Counted from the first letter of the stretch, positions 48,132 to 59,757 are shown. The stretch is DNA of 64,000 bases from an uncultured delta proteobacterium (GCA_963827685.1 CAWHBU010000004.1:128001-192000), one strand, 5' to 3'. Notes: generated from the sequence alone by a model not told the origin. Numbers and translations: made by a program.

Positions 48132-48800
48132 ATGAAAAAAGTGGCTAAACCGCTAATGCCAAAGAACACAACCAATGAGCGCCCTGAACACCTGATTAAT
48201 GCTCCAGCAAAGAATACCGATCTAATTCAAAAGAAGCATCAGCTGATCGTGGACGGCGCATGCAAGGTGTTTTTCAAGAAGGGATACCATCCAACGACCA
48301 TCCGTGATATAGCCCACGCCTGTGCTATGTCTATGGGGCAACTCTACCACTATATCTCTTCTAAAGATGATGTGTTGTACTTGGTTCACAAACATATGCA
48401 AAACATGTGGTATGAATACTTGAAAAACTCAGCTTATGAAGAAGAAAAGGATCCAGGAAAAAAGTTATTACGGGCTCTTAATGAAACCTTAAAATTCATG
48501 ACTGAGAATAGAAGGCTAATCCAATTTATTTATTCCGAAAGTAAATATTTAGATAGGAAGCATCTGCAGGCAGTTCTAGAAATGGACAGGAAAAATGTGA
48601 TTGGATTCTGGCACGAGATTCTACAGGAGGTAATGCAAGAAAAGTCAATTAAGGGCGACGGGAATTTCTTAGCCAGCCTAATTACTTACCTATGTGTATT
48701 TATGCCCTTGAGGGGGTGGACTCTTAAGGGTATGTCATTTAAGCAGGAGAAAGCATACCTAGTGGACTTTATTTTCAATGGGTTGGGTGTCATTCGATAA
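48132..48800 (+). CDS. TetR/AcrR-family regulator
   Basis: FFKKGYHPTTIRDIAHACAMSMGQLYHYISSKDDVL. Confidence 0.92.
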   Translation: MKKVAKPLMPKNTTNERPEHLINAPAKNTDLIQKKHQLIVDGACKVFFKKGYHPTTIRDIAHACAMSMGQLYHYISSKDDVLYLVHKHMQNMWYEYLKNSAYEEEKDPGKKLLRALNETLKFMTENRRLIQFIYSESKYLDRKHLQAVLEMDRKNVIGFWHEILQEVMQEKSIKGDGNFLASLITYLCVFMPLRGWTLKGMSFKQEKAYLVDFIFNGLGVIR

Positions 48801-48959
48801 TGCACATTTTTGTAAAATTATTTATCTAAAAGGCTAGCAATATGAATGTCCTACGATTGGTGTACAAATACAAAATTTCTGAGATAGATTTCAACTAGTG
48901 ATTGATTAAATTACTCTGTGAACCTGTTGAATGGCCGTTCGGGAAGGGTACAGGGTGAT

Positions 48960-49480
48960 ATCGCTGGGCAAGGCAGCCATCTCAACAGGAAGCTAGCAGA
49001 GACATCGGCAAGCCCATTGCCATAGGTTTGGTACGTGGGGAGCTGATGTCGGTGTTGTGGCGTGAGCCGAGTTAGAAAGCAAGGATTTACCTGGGATGAG
49101 ATATCACACTGCGGGAGAGATAAAAACTTTGGGCCGAGAAGCCTTGTTTGCAAAATGCGATGTGACCGACGAAACGGATGTAATTGAAATGGCTTAGAAA
49201 ACGATTGGTAAGCTTGGGCATATGGGTATGCTTGTCACTAATGCAGCGTTACCGTTGCCTGACCTATACTGGAATCACCACTTAGGCAATGCGAATTAGT
49301 AATAAGGGGTAATTTAGTGGGAGGTTTTCTTTCTTCAAAGGCGGTATTGCCGCAAATGATTAAGCAAAAGGGCAGGAGTATCATGAATATCTCTTCTCTG
49401 GCGGCTGATGAGAGAGACGAGGGGACTGGTAGTACGGGTTTAGCTTATGTATCTAAGGCGGGGCTTGGCCGCTTTACTTT
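48960..49480 (+). pseudogene. Degenerate short-chain dehydrogenase (SDR)
   Basis: Broken fragments GKAAI.TG/SRDIGKPIA, KCDVTDE, LVTNAA, VLPQMIKQ..SIMNISS, AY-SKAG, with stops and frameshifts. Confidence 0.8.
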
Positions 49481-49524
49481 GTGTCAAGATTTATATGTTT
49501 TAGAGGTTCCGAAGGAGGACAGTA

Positions 49525-51048
49525 ATGGGAGTCCACGATTTTAATGTGTACAATCTTATCAAACGTAATGGCCGAATTATTGGCGAACGAATTGCTCTAA
49601 TATCTGGGAATCAAAGGATAAGTCACTTGGAATTTTTGGAGAAGGTTAATCAATTGGCCTTTGGACTTCTACGCATAGGGGTTGGAAAAGGTGACCGTAT
49701 TGGTATCCTTGCTCATAATTGCTTAGAGTTTTTTTATCTATGCGGGGCAGTGGCTAAAATAGGTGCCATCATGTTGCCTATCAACTGGCGTCTCAATCCA
49801 GAAGAAATTAAATATATTATCTCCGACGGAGTTCCAAGAGTTCTGTTTGTGGATTCTGAGTTTGAGGGTATGGTACGGTCTTTCATTTCTGATTTCAGAT
49901 TTGTTGAAAAGGTCTATGCTACGGACAAAGGCGGAGAAAGTTTTGAAAATTTCAATAGCTTAATGGAAAATGATGGGGCTTGTTCAAAGATAGATGTTTG
50001 CCCCGACGATAGCTATGTTATTATTCATACTGCCGCGGTTCATGGAAGACCCCGTGGGGCTACCCTTACTCACCAAAATATAATTCTATTTAACTTGCAG
50101 CAAATGTACTATTGGCATTTGACAAAGGAAGATGTCCATATGGCTCTACTACCATTATTTCACATAGGTGGGCTTGGTATAGCTTTGAGCGTTGGGCAGG
50201 CCGGAGGCACAAACATTATTTTGCCCAAATTTGATTCCGACTTGGCTCTCAAACATATTGAAGAAGAGAAGGTTACTATTTTGGGTGATTTTCCCCCTAT
50301 CCTTAAGAACTTACTTGACAGAGCGCAAGAAACTGACCGTAATCTTTCCAGCCTGAGAATCGTTGCTGGATTGGATCATCCCGATACAGTTAGGCGACTT
50401 GAAAAAATGACTGAAGCTATTTTTTGGACAGGCTATGGTCAAACGGAAACTTCGGGTGTTTTTACCTATGCTCCTTACTTTGAGAGGCTCGGTTCTGCTG
50501 GAACTCAGAGTTTCTTAACTGACATTGAGATAGTCGATGCCTGCGGTAATATTTTAGGGGTAGAGAGAACAGGCGAAATAGTAGTTCGCGGAATGACCGT
50601 ATTCAGGGGTTATTGGAATCTCGAAAGAGATACTGAATATACCTTTCGTGATGGCTGGCATCATACGGGTGACGTGGGTTACCTGGATAAACAAGGGTAT
50701 CTTTGGTATAAGGGCAGAACACCTATCAAGGAATTGATCAAATCGGGTGGAGAAAACGTATATCCAGCTGAGGTAGAAAAAGTGATCTTACAACATCCCT
50801 CTGTAGAGGAGACTGCAGTAATCGGCATCCCTGATTCCCAATGGGGCGAGGCTATTAAGGCAATCTGTGTTTTGAAAAAGGGGGAGGCACTTACAGAAGT
50901 AGAGCTAATCGAATTTGTGGCAGGTCGAATTGCCCGATTTAAGAAACCTAAGTATGTTGTTTTTGTTTCGAATCTACCAAAAACTGAGGACGGATTCATC
51001 AATCTCGAAAAAGTTAAGGCAGATTACGGCGGAACTTACTCGGTATAA
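49525..51048 (+). CDS. AMP-dependent acyl-CoA ligase
   Basis: HTAAVHGRPRG variant P-loop, YGQTE, HTGD, IKSGGENVYPAEVE. Confidence 0.92.
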   Translation: MGVHDFNVYNLIKRNGRIIGERIALISGNQRISHLEFLEKVNQLAFGLLRIGVGKGDRIGILAHNCLEFFYLCGAVAKIGAIMLPINWRLNPEEIKYIISDGVPRVLFVDSEFEGMVRSFISDFRFVEKVYATDKGGESFENFNSLMENDGACSKIDVCPDDSYVIIHTAAVHGRPRGATLTHQNIILFNLQQMYYWHLTKEDVHMALLPLFHIGGLGIALSVGQAGGTNIILPKFDSDLALKHIEEEKVTILGDFPPILKNLLDRAQETDRNLSSLRIVAGLDHPDTVRRLEKMTEAIFWTGYGQTETSGVFTYAPYFERLGSAGTQSFLTDIEIVDACGNILGVERTGEIVVRGMTVFRGYWNLERDTEYTFRDGWHHTGDVGYLDKQGYLWYKGRTPIKELIKSGGENVYPAEVEKVILQHPSVEETAVIGIPDSQWGEAIKAICVLKKGEALTEVELIEFVAGRIARFKKPKYVVFVSNLPKTEDGFINLEKVKADYGGTYSV

Positions 51049-51210
51049 GATTTGACTTAAAAACTTTTCCAATACCATTAAGGCGTAAAATTCTCAAGCG
51101 GAAGACAGAAATAAATAGAGTGAAGCCCAGTAGCCGTCAGTATGATTTCAAGAATTCGGCGGCAAATCTTTTATATTGTTACATTATTGTACAAAATAAC
51201 TCGAATTTAG

Positions 51211-51470
51211 GTAAGCCACTGGTTTTACCAGGGCGACTTGATAAGGTTTGACCGTTCAGCATCACATCCTCCCGTGACTTGATGAGAGAAGCAAACGGAA
51301 CAGGAGAATATGATGGAAGATAGTTTTCAGGAGTATCGAAACTTATCCATGCGAAATGGGATTGCAAATAGCATGTGGTGTTTATCCCAGAGGAGAGACA
51401 ACAAGCGCTCTTTGGGCAGGCACGACGCCACTTTGCTGAAATATTTCATACCTTAACGCAACAAATCACT
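51211..51470 (+). pseudogene. IS200/IS605 tnpA relic with left-end hairpin
   Basis: EYRNL../KWDCK*HVVFIP..RQQALFGQARRHFAEIFH matches the TnpA N-terminus. Confidence 0.8.
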
Positions 51471-51597
51471 ATTGTAAAGATATTACCGAGATACTACCTT
51501 AGGAGAGGAGGTGGTAGCTTTCTGGTGAGGCCTTGGGTCCCGCAACGCGCTTGGGGAGATTAGTAGCCAAGCTAAAAATCACTTTAGGAGGTGAATT

Positions 51598-51768
51598 ATG
51601 GTTATTGTCAACGAAGAAGTATGTGCCGCGTGCGGCCAGTGTGTAATTGTGTGTGCAGTGGAAGCAATCAAGGGGTGGGGAATACCTATAATAGATGATG
51701 AAAAATGTACTGAGTGTGGCCTGTGTGTCGAATATTGCCCAGTTGATGCATTGGAGGTGAAACAATGA
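51598..51768 (+). CDS. 2x[4Fe-4S] ferredoxin (56 aa; not in the ORF track)
   Basis: [24 protein letters not shown]...[16 protein letters not shown]; AGGAGG RBS; ATGA overlap with the next gene. Confidence 0.93.
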   Translation: MVIVNEEVCAACGQCVIVCAVEAIKGWGIPIIDDEKCTECGLCVEYCPVDALEVKQ

Positions 51769-53068
51769 AATCAGCAAGATATGATGTGGTAATTATAGGC
51801 TCAGGCATGGGAGGTTTAAGCGCTGCTGCTCTACTTTCCCATTTAGGGTACAGAATTATTGTGGCTGAAAAACAACCAATTATCGGTGGAAGAAATTCTA
51901 CTATAGATCATAAAGGTTTTAAGATTTCTACGGGGGCAATGGGTCAAGAGCTAGTACTCGGGGATATTGTCTTTAAGGAGGTTGGAGCTCCTTTCAATGT
52001 TAAAGTACCGCGACCAAATAGCGTTTACTATATCAATGGGAAAGTACATGAGGTGCCTGAGAAAGGAAAACTCCGTGCGGCACTTACCATAGCAAGTGGC
52101 CCAGAGGAGGCAAACAAGATAATGAAGGTTCTTCGACGTGCCATTCAATGGCAGGAGCCATCCGATTCCATGTCGTTTCGTGAATGGATGCTCCAATATA
52201 CCCAGAACGAGAAGGCTTTAGGGGTATTCCGCGGAAGTTGGGATACCAATGTATGGTGCGCTGGTGAGCTCATCCGAGAACTTAGGACATTGGGACCAAT
52301 GCCTTACGGTTACGCGGTTGGTGGTAATATAGCCATAATGGAATCGCTGGCTAATGTAGTGCAAGCGAACGGTGGCGAAGTCTGGACACGTTGCCGAGCG
52401 AAGCAGATCTTAGTAGAAGACGGGGTAGTCAAGGGAGTGATAATAGAGCGAAGAGAAAACAAAGACGAGGTGCAGATAGCTTGTGGTGCAGTGATCAGCA
52501 ATGCTGGACCCAAAAAAACGGTAGAACTAGCCGGTAGCGAGAACTTCGATAAGGGATACATCAGAGAAGTGCGAGAAACCCTTAAACCTTTTCATTGGCT
52601 CGCATTTCAGATTTCTTCCAACAGGCCTTTGGTTGAACACGAAGGGATCGGGTTTGTAACTGACGCACGCAGGGTAAATTGGATTGTCTGTCCTACTATT
52701 CTGTGTCCGGAGTTAGCTCCCTTAGGAAAACACTTGCTATATGTAGGTTCATGGCTACCACCGAGCCCCCCTACGATCTGAAGAAAGAGCTCGAGTTGAG
52801 TCTGCTTGATTTAAGAGAACTTGTAAAAGGTTATGAAAAATACGGTGGGGAAATCTTACACGTGGGTTATTGGTTAAAAGGGTGGCCAATGGCTCACACT
52901 TGTGCCGGTCATTACTTTTATCAGAAGACATCAGTTGAGAACCTATATAATGTGGGTGACGGTGCAGTTCCGCCTGGACACATAGCAGGCCTCGAGGGTT
53001 GTGCTATGAGTGCCAGAGTGGTCGTTGAGGATTTGAAAAAACGGATGAAACCAAGTGAAAATTTTTAA
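51765..53068 (+). pseudogene. Phytoene-dehydrogenase-like FAD oxidoreductase split by a 1-nt frameshift at about 52760
   Basis: GSGMGG Rossmann motif at the start. The C-terminus (EPPYDL...LYNVGD...GLEGCAMS) continues in another frame. Confidence 0.8.
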
Positions 53069-53168
53069 TGTATCACAACAAACAGGAGAGGTATATGAAC
53101 AAAAACAACGGCCATTTACCTTGGCTGCACTTGTTCCCCTGAAGTGAAACCTTGAAGGGAGGAATACG

Positions 53169-53669
53169 ATGGACAAGATAGAAATCCCAACGTTGGATTG
53201 GTATGAAAGGTACAAGAGAATCTTAGATGTCCTAAATTCAATGGGAGAAGGTCTTATGAAATACCTCACTGAAAGTTTTGGTAAAGATGAGGGTATGAAG
53301 ATATATGCTGAACAGATTGAGCCACAACAGCCCATTGTAGCGGGTAGAAAGTTGGTCGAAAAACTAGGCTTAAAACCGGATATTGAAGGAGCACTTAAGC
53401 TGGTTGGTGTTTATACCCGAGAGGTTTGGGGGTTTGGGGATGATAGGTTCACGGAGATAAGGCGTGAAACACCAAACAAAGGTACCTTGACCATTCGACG
53501 CTGCAAAGGTTGGGAAACGATTTTTAAGCCAAACGGATGGGATTGTGCGCCAGGTTGCCTTAATGAATATCAAGAGCTTGTTAAAATATTGTCACCAGAA
53601 TTTAAGGCCGAATTGTCAAAGTGTCTTGCCAGAGGCGATGGTTTCTGTGAAGTTACAGTAGAGACTTAA
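53169..53669 (+). CDS. V4R / ATC-hydrolase-like small protein
   Basis: IRRC...C..GC...KCLARGDGFCEV motif. Confidence 0.7.
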   Translation: MDKIEIPTLDWYERYKRILDVLNSMGEGLMKYLTESFGKDEGMKIYAEQIEPQQPIVAGRKLVEKLGLKPDIEGALKLVGVYTREVWGFGDDRFTEIRRETPNKGTLTIRRCKGWETIFKPNGWDCAPGCLNEYQELVKILSPEFKAELSKCLARGDGFCEVTVET

Positions 53670-53822
53670 ACAGTCTTAAGAACTCTTCTCGCAAACCTGT
53701 TGAGAAATTAATGCCGTTGAGTTTCGCACACACGGCTGTTATTCATGAGAGATTCCAGTTTTTTAGAACGCATACTTGATTCTGACGAAATGAATGTAAT
53801 CCCCATAAATACCTCTAAAAAT

Positions 53823-53890
53823 GTCATTCCTGCGAAAGCAGGAATCCATAAGCTCCTGACATAACTGGATTCCCGCTTCAGCGGAGTGAC
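53823..53890. repeat. REP-like palindromic element
   Basis: gtcattcctgcgaaagcaggaatcca...tggattcccgcttcagcggagtgac. Confidence 0.8.
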
Positions 53891-53893
53891 GAA

Positions 53894-55375
53894 TTGGAAA
53901 TTATTAGAGGTTCCCTTATGAGAGAAAGAAGTCAACCAAACAAGTACATGGAGCTTAGAAAACTTCTCCATCCAGAGTCCGTTGCTCTCATCGGGGTTCC
54001 AAGAGGTTCGAAACAGGGTAGTATCTTCTTAAGAGCCATGCTGGATTGTGATTTTCCAGGAAAATTGTTTCTTATCAATCCTTGGGCTGAGAAAATAAAT
54101 GGCTTAAAAGCCTACCCTAGCGTGAAAGCTGTAGAAGACTCGATCTATATGGCTATTTTGCTAGTTCCAAACACCGAGACACCTCAAGTATTGGAAGAAT
54201 GTGCAGAAAAAGGAGTAAAAATTGCTGTCCTTTATTCTGCAGGATATTCCGAACTGGGTACGAAAGAAGGCCAAGCACTGGAGAAGCATATTCTAGACAT
54301 TGCTCGATCTAGAGGTATTAGGCTCATTGGACCCAATTGTATGGGAATCTACTCACCGAAGGCACATCTGTCTAATTTTCCAGGGTTATCAAAAAATCAA
54401 GGGAAAATGGGCTTAATCTCCCAGAGTGGATCATTAACCAATGCACTGCGCAAATTAATGCCAAGGAGAGAAATGTTCTTTAGTATGGCCATTAGCACTG
54501 GCAATGAGGTTGATTTGAAAAGCACAGATTTTCTGGGATATTTCGGTCATGATAATCACACCAAGTTGATTGCCCTATATCTCGAAGGTATTAAAGATGG
54601 TCGAGGATTTTACAATGTCCTAAAAGAGACGACCCTTAGAAAACCTGTCATTATTTGGAAGACTGGGGCCACCGAAATGGGCGAGCGGGCAATCTCCTCA
54701 CATACAGGGAGCATGACAGGTTCTATTGAAATGTGGAAATCTGTTTTTCGACAGTGCGGAGTTACAACGGTGGTTGGAATTGAAGAATTTATCGACGCGG
54801 TCACAGCCTTCTACGTCTTTCCGGAGGGCCTCAGTAGTAGGATAGGGATTGTCTCTGGGCCTGGAGGCCTAGCGGTATCGGCTGCCGAGGCTTGCCATAG
54901 GGTTGGGCTTCAACTGGCCAATTTGAAGCAGGAAACGCAAATGGCTCTAAAATTACTTATTCCCGTCACCGGTACGAGTGTCAAGAACCCTGTGGATTTA
55001 GGCCTTTCAGCCTCGCTGGATATCAACCTCTTTGGAAAGGTAGCAGAGACCGTCGGAAGGGACTCAGAAGTTGATGCGATAATGATCATCGTGGCAATCA
55101 CTCCAGAACAAAATAGGGCTTTTCCAGAGGTCCTGTCAAAGCCCCATAATGTTGTTAGAAAGCCTTTCGTAATGGTTTCTTTACCCGGTTTTGGCGTGGA
55201 ACGGATTGGACGGTTGTTCCAACAAGGGATCCCCGTTTTTGATTCGGTTGAACGGGCAGCCAATGCTTATGCAAAGGTGTTACGGTATCAAAATTGGCTT
55301 AAGAGTCGAAAAGAAACTGGGGAGCAAATGGTTGTAAAGGAGGAAATCTCCGATGAAGAATCATGGCGACATTAA
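53894..55375 (+). CDS. ADP-forming acyl-CoA synthetase, alpha (CoA-binding) subunit
   Basis: HPESVALIG, RLIGPNCMG, ISQSG, GNEVD, YLEG, SHTGS and NPVD motifs. Confidence 0.9.
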   Translation: MEIIRGSLMRERSQPNKYMELRKLLHPESVALIGVPRGSKQGSIFLRAMLDCDFPGKLFLINPWAEKINGLKAYPSVKAVEDSIYMAILLVPNTETPQVLEECAEKGVKIAVLYSAGYSELGTKEGQALEKHILDIARSRGIRLIGPNCMGIYSPKAHLSNFPGLSKNQGKMGLISQSGSLTNALRKLMPRREMFFSMAISTGNEVDLKSTDFLGYFGHDNHTKLIALYLEGIKDGRGFYNVLKETTLRKPVIIWKTGATEMGERAISSHTGSMTGSIEMWKSVFRQCGVTTVVGIEEFIDAVTAFYVFPEGLSSRIGIVSGPGGLAVSAAEACHRVGLQLANLKQETQMALKLLIPVTGTSVKNPVDLGLSASLDINLFGKVAETVGRDSEVDAIMIIVAITPEQNRAFPEVLSKPHNVVRKPFVMVSLPGFGVERIGRLFQQGIPVFDSVERAANAYAKVLRYQNWLKSRKETGEQMVVKEEISDEESWRH

Positions 55376-56180
55376 GTTAAAAATCGTAGACCTTTCTTTA
55401 GCTTTTGGCAAAGTGTCAGCCCTTAATAAAGTTACCATGGAGATTCGGGAAGGGGAGATCACGGCTATTATTGGCCCAAATGGAGCGGGCAAAACTAGCT
55501 TGCTAAACTGTATTAATGGATTCTATCACCCTCAAGAAGGCAAGATCTACTTTGAGGGGAGGAAAATCACCCATCTGTCACCCCATATTATTGCCAGGCT
55601 TGGCATTGCCAGGACATTCCAAAATATTTTGCTCTACAGAGGGCTCAGTACTCTTGACAACTTGATGGCAGCACGACAAGGATTCATTCACTCCAACCTC
55701 TTCTCTTGTGCAATCTATTTTGGTTGGGCACAGAAACAGGAGATTGCTCATCGCGAGGTAGTAGAGGATATCATCGATTTTTTGGAGATCAAGCCTATTA
55801 GGAAAAAAGTAGTCGCTGTACTACCTTATGGGTTGAGAAAACGTGTCGAATTAGGCAGAGCTCTGGCTCTTGAGCCAAAATTGCTTCTCCTGGATGAACC
55901 AATGGCTGGGATGAATGTGGAAGAGAAAGAAGACATGGCACGATTCATTCTCGATCTGTTCGAGGGCCAAGGTTCGATCTACCGCACCTCTTCATCTCTG
56001 AGGAATGGGGTAAAAACCATTATCCTTATCGAACACGATATGGGTGTAGTAATGGACATAGCAGATCGGGTGGTAGTTCTTGATTTTGGACAGAAAATTG
56101 CAGAGGGCACTCCAGACGAAGTCAAACGAGATTCTGCTGTCATTAAGGCTTATCTGGGTGAGGAGGCGAAGAAATATTGA
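55353..56180 (+). CDS. Branched-chain-type ABC transporter ATPase (LivG-like)
   Basis: GPNGAGKT, ARTFQN, LLDEP, IEHDM, AYLG. Confidence 0.92.
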   Translation: MKNHGDIKLKIVDLSLAFGKVSALNKVTMEIREGEITAIIGPNGAGKTSLLNCINGFYHPQEGKIYFEGRKITHLSPHIIARLGIARTFQNILLYRGLSTLDNLMAARQGFIHSNLFSCAIYFGWAQKQEIAHREVVEDIIDFLEIKPIRKKVVAVLPYGLRKRVELGRALALEPKLLLLDEPMAGMNVEEKEDMARFILDLFEGQGSIYRTSSSLRNGVKTIILIEHDMGVVMDIADRVVVLDFGQKIAEGTPDEVKRDSAVIKAYLGEEAKKY

Positions 56181-56980
56181 GGCAACCTCCAATAATTCGA
56201 ATTTCGAGGTTTAGAATTTCGTCAAATTGAATTTACCGAGAATATTAAACAGGAAAACATACTTTTCGATATGATTCTTATAACCATAGTAGTTCTGACC
56301 ATTCTTCCTTGTCCAGCGGACATCCGCATCCTTCTGTCGCTTCTTCTGTTCACTCCAGTCTTCTGGGACGTCTGCTTGTTTGGTTCGCTTATTCTCTTCG
56401 GGACTATTCCTCTGCTTCGTTACGGGAACAATGCTGGCATCTACAATCTGTCCTTTACGGGGCGAGTAGCCTTGTTCGCAAAGATACGCTTCAAATTGGT
56501 CAAAGGCTTTGTCAATCACCCCGGCCTCGGTCAAGTGCTCCCGAAACAACCAATTGGTCTTGGGGTCCGGAACGTTATCTCCCAAAGAACGATCCAAGAA
56601 TCATATAAACGAGAAACGATCCCGAATGTGAAACTCGGCCTGCTCGTCCGAAAGATTCTACAGCGATTGGAGAATCAGAACCTCGAACATCAATACGACC
56701 TTAAAAGGTTTCCGACCCGCACTGGATTTGAGTTCTTTGTTTCGCACAACTTCCAGGATAGGAAGAATCAGTTTTTAGTCCACTTTTGTCTGAATGCTGG
56801 GGAGCGAATCGTCCCCATTATCCAGCTGCTTGAAACGAATTTGCCAATGCAACAAACCGGTCTACATCATCATGGGTCAGATGCTTCTTTGAGAGAATGT
56901 TTTATCGTGAATTAACTGCAAACCGTTACATAACATATGTATAAATATCTGGACGAAAAAAGTTAATTTTTAGAGGGATC
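56181..56980 (-). pseudogene. IS5-family element relic, truncated, with several in-frame stops
   Basis: AGRKPF..MFEVLILQSL*NLSD, DRFSF, VPD..T.WLFRE, IVDASIV, DADVRWTRKN..YYGYKNH; degenerate IRs. Confidence 0.85.
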
Positions 56981-56985
56981 CTTAA

Positions 56986-58878
56986 ATGAGTAATGACACA
57001 ATCCCGAAAATTCTTGCCGAGAATTGCCAGAAATGGGGTGATAAATGTGCCATGCGGAATAAGGATCGTGGTGTCTGGCAAGAATACACATGGAAAGATG
57101 TATATGAGAAAGTGAAGAATATATCTCTCGGCCTTATGGCGCTCGGACTAACGAGAAGGGAGAAAGTGGTTATCATTGGAGATAACGTGGCAGAGTGGTT
57201 CTGGGCTATGTTTGCCACTCAAGCAGCGGGAGGAATCAGCGTAGGGATATTCGTTGATGCAGTTCCTCAGGAGGTTAAATATATTACCAATCATTCGGAC
57301 GCCAAATTCGCTATCGTTGCGGATCAAGAGCAAACTGACAAATTTCTTCAGATCAAGTCAGAGGTTTCTCAATTGAAGAGGATCATTTATTGGGATGCCA
57401 AAGGACTCGCTCACTATGATGATTCATTGTTGATGGACTTTGAACAACTTATGCGAGTAGGTCAGGAGTATGGGAGAAAACATCTGGGGATTTATGAAGA
57501 CAGCGTTACAGAAGGCAAAGGGGAGGATATTTGTGCTTGCTATTATACCTCTGGGACGAGCGGATTGCCCAAAGGTGCGATGGTTACCTCCAATGCGATC
57601 ATCGCCTCTGTCAACGCTTTCATTGTGAAGGCGGAAATAGGTCAGAAGGATGAATTTGTCTCCTGTTTCCCTGCAGCGTGGATAGGAGATACCCTTTTTT
57701 CGACGATACCACACCTGGTTTCCGGTGCAAAACTGAATTTTCCAGAGGAGCCCGAGACCCTCCAAGAGGACTTAAGGGAGATTGGTCCTCATGTTGTAGC
57801 CTATAGTCCCAAACAATGGGAGAGTCTGTCAGCCCTTACCGAGTTTAAGATATTGGATGGTGGAGCCTTGCAGAGGTTTTTCTATAATCTCTTTCTCCCA
57901 ATTGGATTTAAAAGGGCCGCTTTTAAGTCAACCGGAGCGAAACCAAACATGATATGGCGATTAATTTTTCTTTTGGGTGACCTACTTGTGTTCGATCGCA
58001 TCTTAGACAAATTGGGACTTCTATATGTTAGGATACCCATTACTGGAAGTGCTGCAATGAGTAAGGAGACCTTTAGATTTTGGCGAGCCCTGGGGTTAGA
58101 ACTCAGACAAGTTTACGCGAGCACAGAGACAGGGTTTGTCAGTGGACACGATAAGGGTGATGTCAAAGATGAAACCATTGGAAAGATAGCCTCAGGAGTA
58201 AGGGTAAAAATCAGCGATCAAGGAGAGATCCTAGTGAGCGGACCTGGCTTATTTTGTGCTTACTACAAGGATTCTGAAAAGACAAAAGAGGTTCTCAAGG
58301 ACGGATGGTTTCATACGGGAGACGCAGGGTATATCCGGGAGGATGGACACCTAGTTTTCCTCGATAGGCTCGCGGACCTTAGAGAACTGAGGAGTGGGCA
58401 AAAATATGCTCCTCAGTATATCGAAGGTCTTCTTAGAGCAAGTCCTTACGTTAAAGATGCTTTGGCCATTGGAAATAAGGAAAATGCATATATCTCCATC
58501 ATCATCAATATTAACTTTGATAACGTGGGGAAGTGGGCTGAAGCCCACCATATCTCTTATACTACTTTTGCTGATCTATCACAGAAAAAGGAAATCGCAG
58601 GTCTCATCAAGAAGGATATAGACAGGGTTAATAAGATACTCGTGGATCCAATAAAGATTAAAAAGTACGTCCTTCTACACAAGGAATTTGACGCAGATGA
58701 AGCTGAATTAACCAGAACAAGGAAGTTGAGAAGAGAATTTATGGAGAAAAGGTATTCAGATCTAATTGAGGCTATATATACTGAAAAGGAAGAAGTTCCT
58801 GTCGAAGCTGATGTGAAGTACCAGGATGGTAGAACCAGTAAGATAAAAACTGCAATTAAAATTGTGAAATCCGGGTGA
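56986..58878 (+). CDS. Long-chain acyl-CoA synthetase embedded in the ABC operon
   Basis: YTSGTSGLPKG, YASTE, HTGDAG and ELTRTRKLRR motifs. Confidence 0.92.
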   Translation: MSNDTIPKILAENCQKWGDKCAMRNKDRGVWQEYTWKDVYEKVKNISLGLMALGLTRREKVVIIGDNVAEWFWAMFATQAAGGISVGIFVDAVPQEVKYITNHSDAKFAIVADQEQTDKFLQIKSEVSQLKRIIYWDAKGLAHYDDSLLMDFEQLMRVGQEYGRKHLGIYEDSVTEGKGEDICACYYTSGTSGLPKGAMVTSNAIIASVNAFIVKAEIGQKDEFVSCFPAAWIGDTLFSTIPHLVSGAKLNFPEEPETLQEDLREIGPHVVAYSPKQWESLSALTEFKILDGGALQRFFYNLFLPIGFKRAAFKSTGAKPNMIWRLIFLLGDLLVFDRILDKLGLLYVRIPITGSAAMSKETFRFWRALGLELRQVYASTETGFVSGHDKGDVKDETIGKIASGVRVKISDQGEILVSGPGLFCAYYKDSEKTKEVLKDGWFHTGDAGYIREDGHLVFLDRLADLRELRSGQKYAPQYIEGLLRASPYVKDALAIGNKENAYISIIININFDNVGKWAEAHHISYTTFADLSQKKEIAGLIKKDIDRVNKILVDPIKIKKYVLLHKEFDADEAELTRTRKLRREFMEKRYSDLIEAIYTEKEEVPVEADVKYQDGRTSKIKTAIKIVKSG

Positions 58879-58881
58879 AGC

Positions 58882-59757
58882 ATGATTACATTCATAGAAC
58901 TCTTTTTGAACGGCGTGATGAGCGGTACAGTTTATGGTTTGGTGGCCATTGGGTTTACCTTGATTTACAAATCATCGGGTGTTCTGAACCTGGCCCAAGG
59001 CGAGATGGTGATGATAGGAGCCTACCTGTGTTGGGCTTTCATGAATCAGTTGCATCTCCCGTTTTGGATAAGCATTCTCACTTTAATGATTCTTACAGGT
59101 GCTTTAGGGTTCGGATTTGAGCGATTTCCATTGCGTCCACTGACTGGACAACCAATTCTTTCGCTCATCATGGTCACCCTAGCCATTTCGATGTTTTTGA
59201 AGGCTATTGTAGTTGCCCTGTGGGGGTCACTTCCTGCTTTGGCGATGCCCGAGTTCATTCCGAGGCGGCCCCTCGTAGTCATGAATATTAAACTTTCCCA
59301 AGAACTTTTGTGGATGTCTGTAATCAGTCTGGCATTGACCAGCATGTTCTCCCTTTTTTTCCACCATACAAAAACGGGACTGAATATGAAGGCTGTCTCA
59401 GATGGGCCCGAGATTGTGCAGAGTTTAGGGATAAATGTGTTTTTTATCATTGCGGTGGTCTGGGGTATTTCGAGTATTGTTTCCGCAGTGGGCGGCGTCT
59501 TGTTGGGGTCGATGAAATCTGTCGGCTTTGGGTTGTCTATAATAGGACTGAAGGCCCTCCCAGCGGCACTCATCGGTGGATTAGATTCTATTCCGGGTGC
59601 CCTCATTGGCGGTGTTATTGTTGGTGTGGCTGAAATCATGGTAGGTCACTACATAGGTTTTGGCCTGAAGGATGTGGCTCCTTTCTTATTGCTATTGGTC
59701 ATGATACTGATCAAGCCCTATGGACTTTTTGGTCTAAAAAGAATTGAGAGGATATAG
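58882..59757 (+). CDS. ABC permease (LivH-like)
   Basis: YGLVAIGFTLIYK, NLAQGE, GGLDSIPGA, KPYGLFG. Confidence 0.92.
   Translation: MITFIELFLNGVMSGTVYGLVAIGFTLIYKSSGVLNLAQGEMVMIGAYLCWAFMNQLHLPFWISILTLMILTGALGFGFERFPLRPLTGQPILSLIMVTLAISMFLKAIVVALWGSLPALAMPEFIPRRPLVVMNIKLSQELLWMSVISLALTSMFSLFFHHTKTGLNMKAVSDGPEIVQSLGINVFFIIAVVWGISSIVSAVGGVLLGSMKSVGFGLSIIGLKALPAALIGGLDSIPGALIGGVIVGVAEIMVGHYIGFGLKDVAPFLLLLVMILIKPYGLFGLKRIERI

Noticed and set aside
56271-56915. 214-aa plus-strand ORF
   Set aside because: Antisense of the degenerate IS5 transposase.
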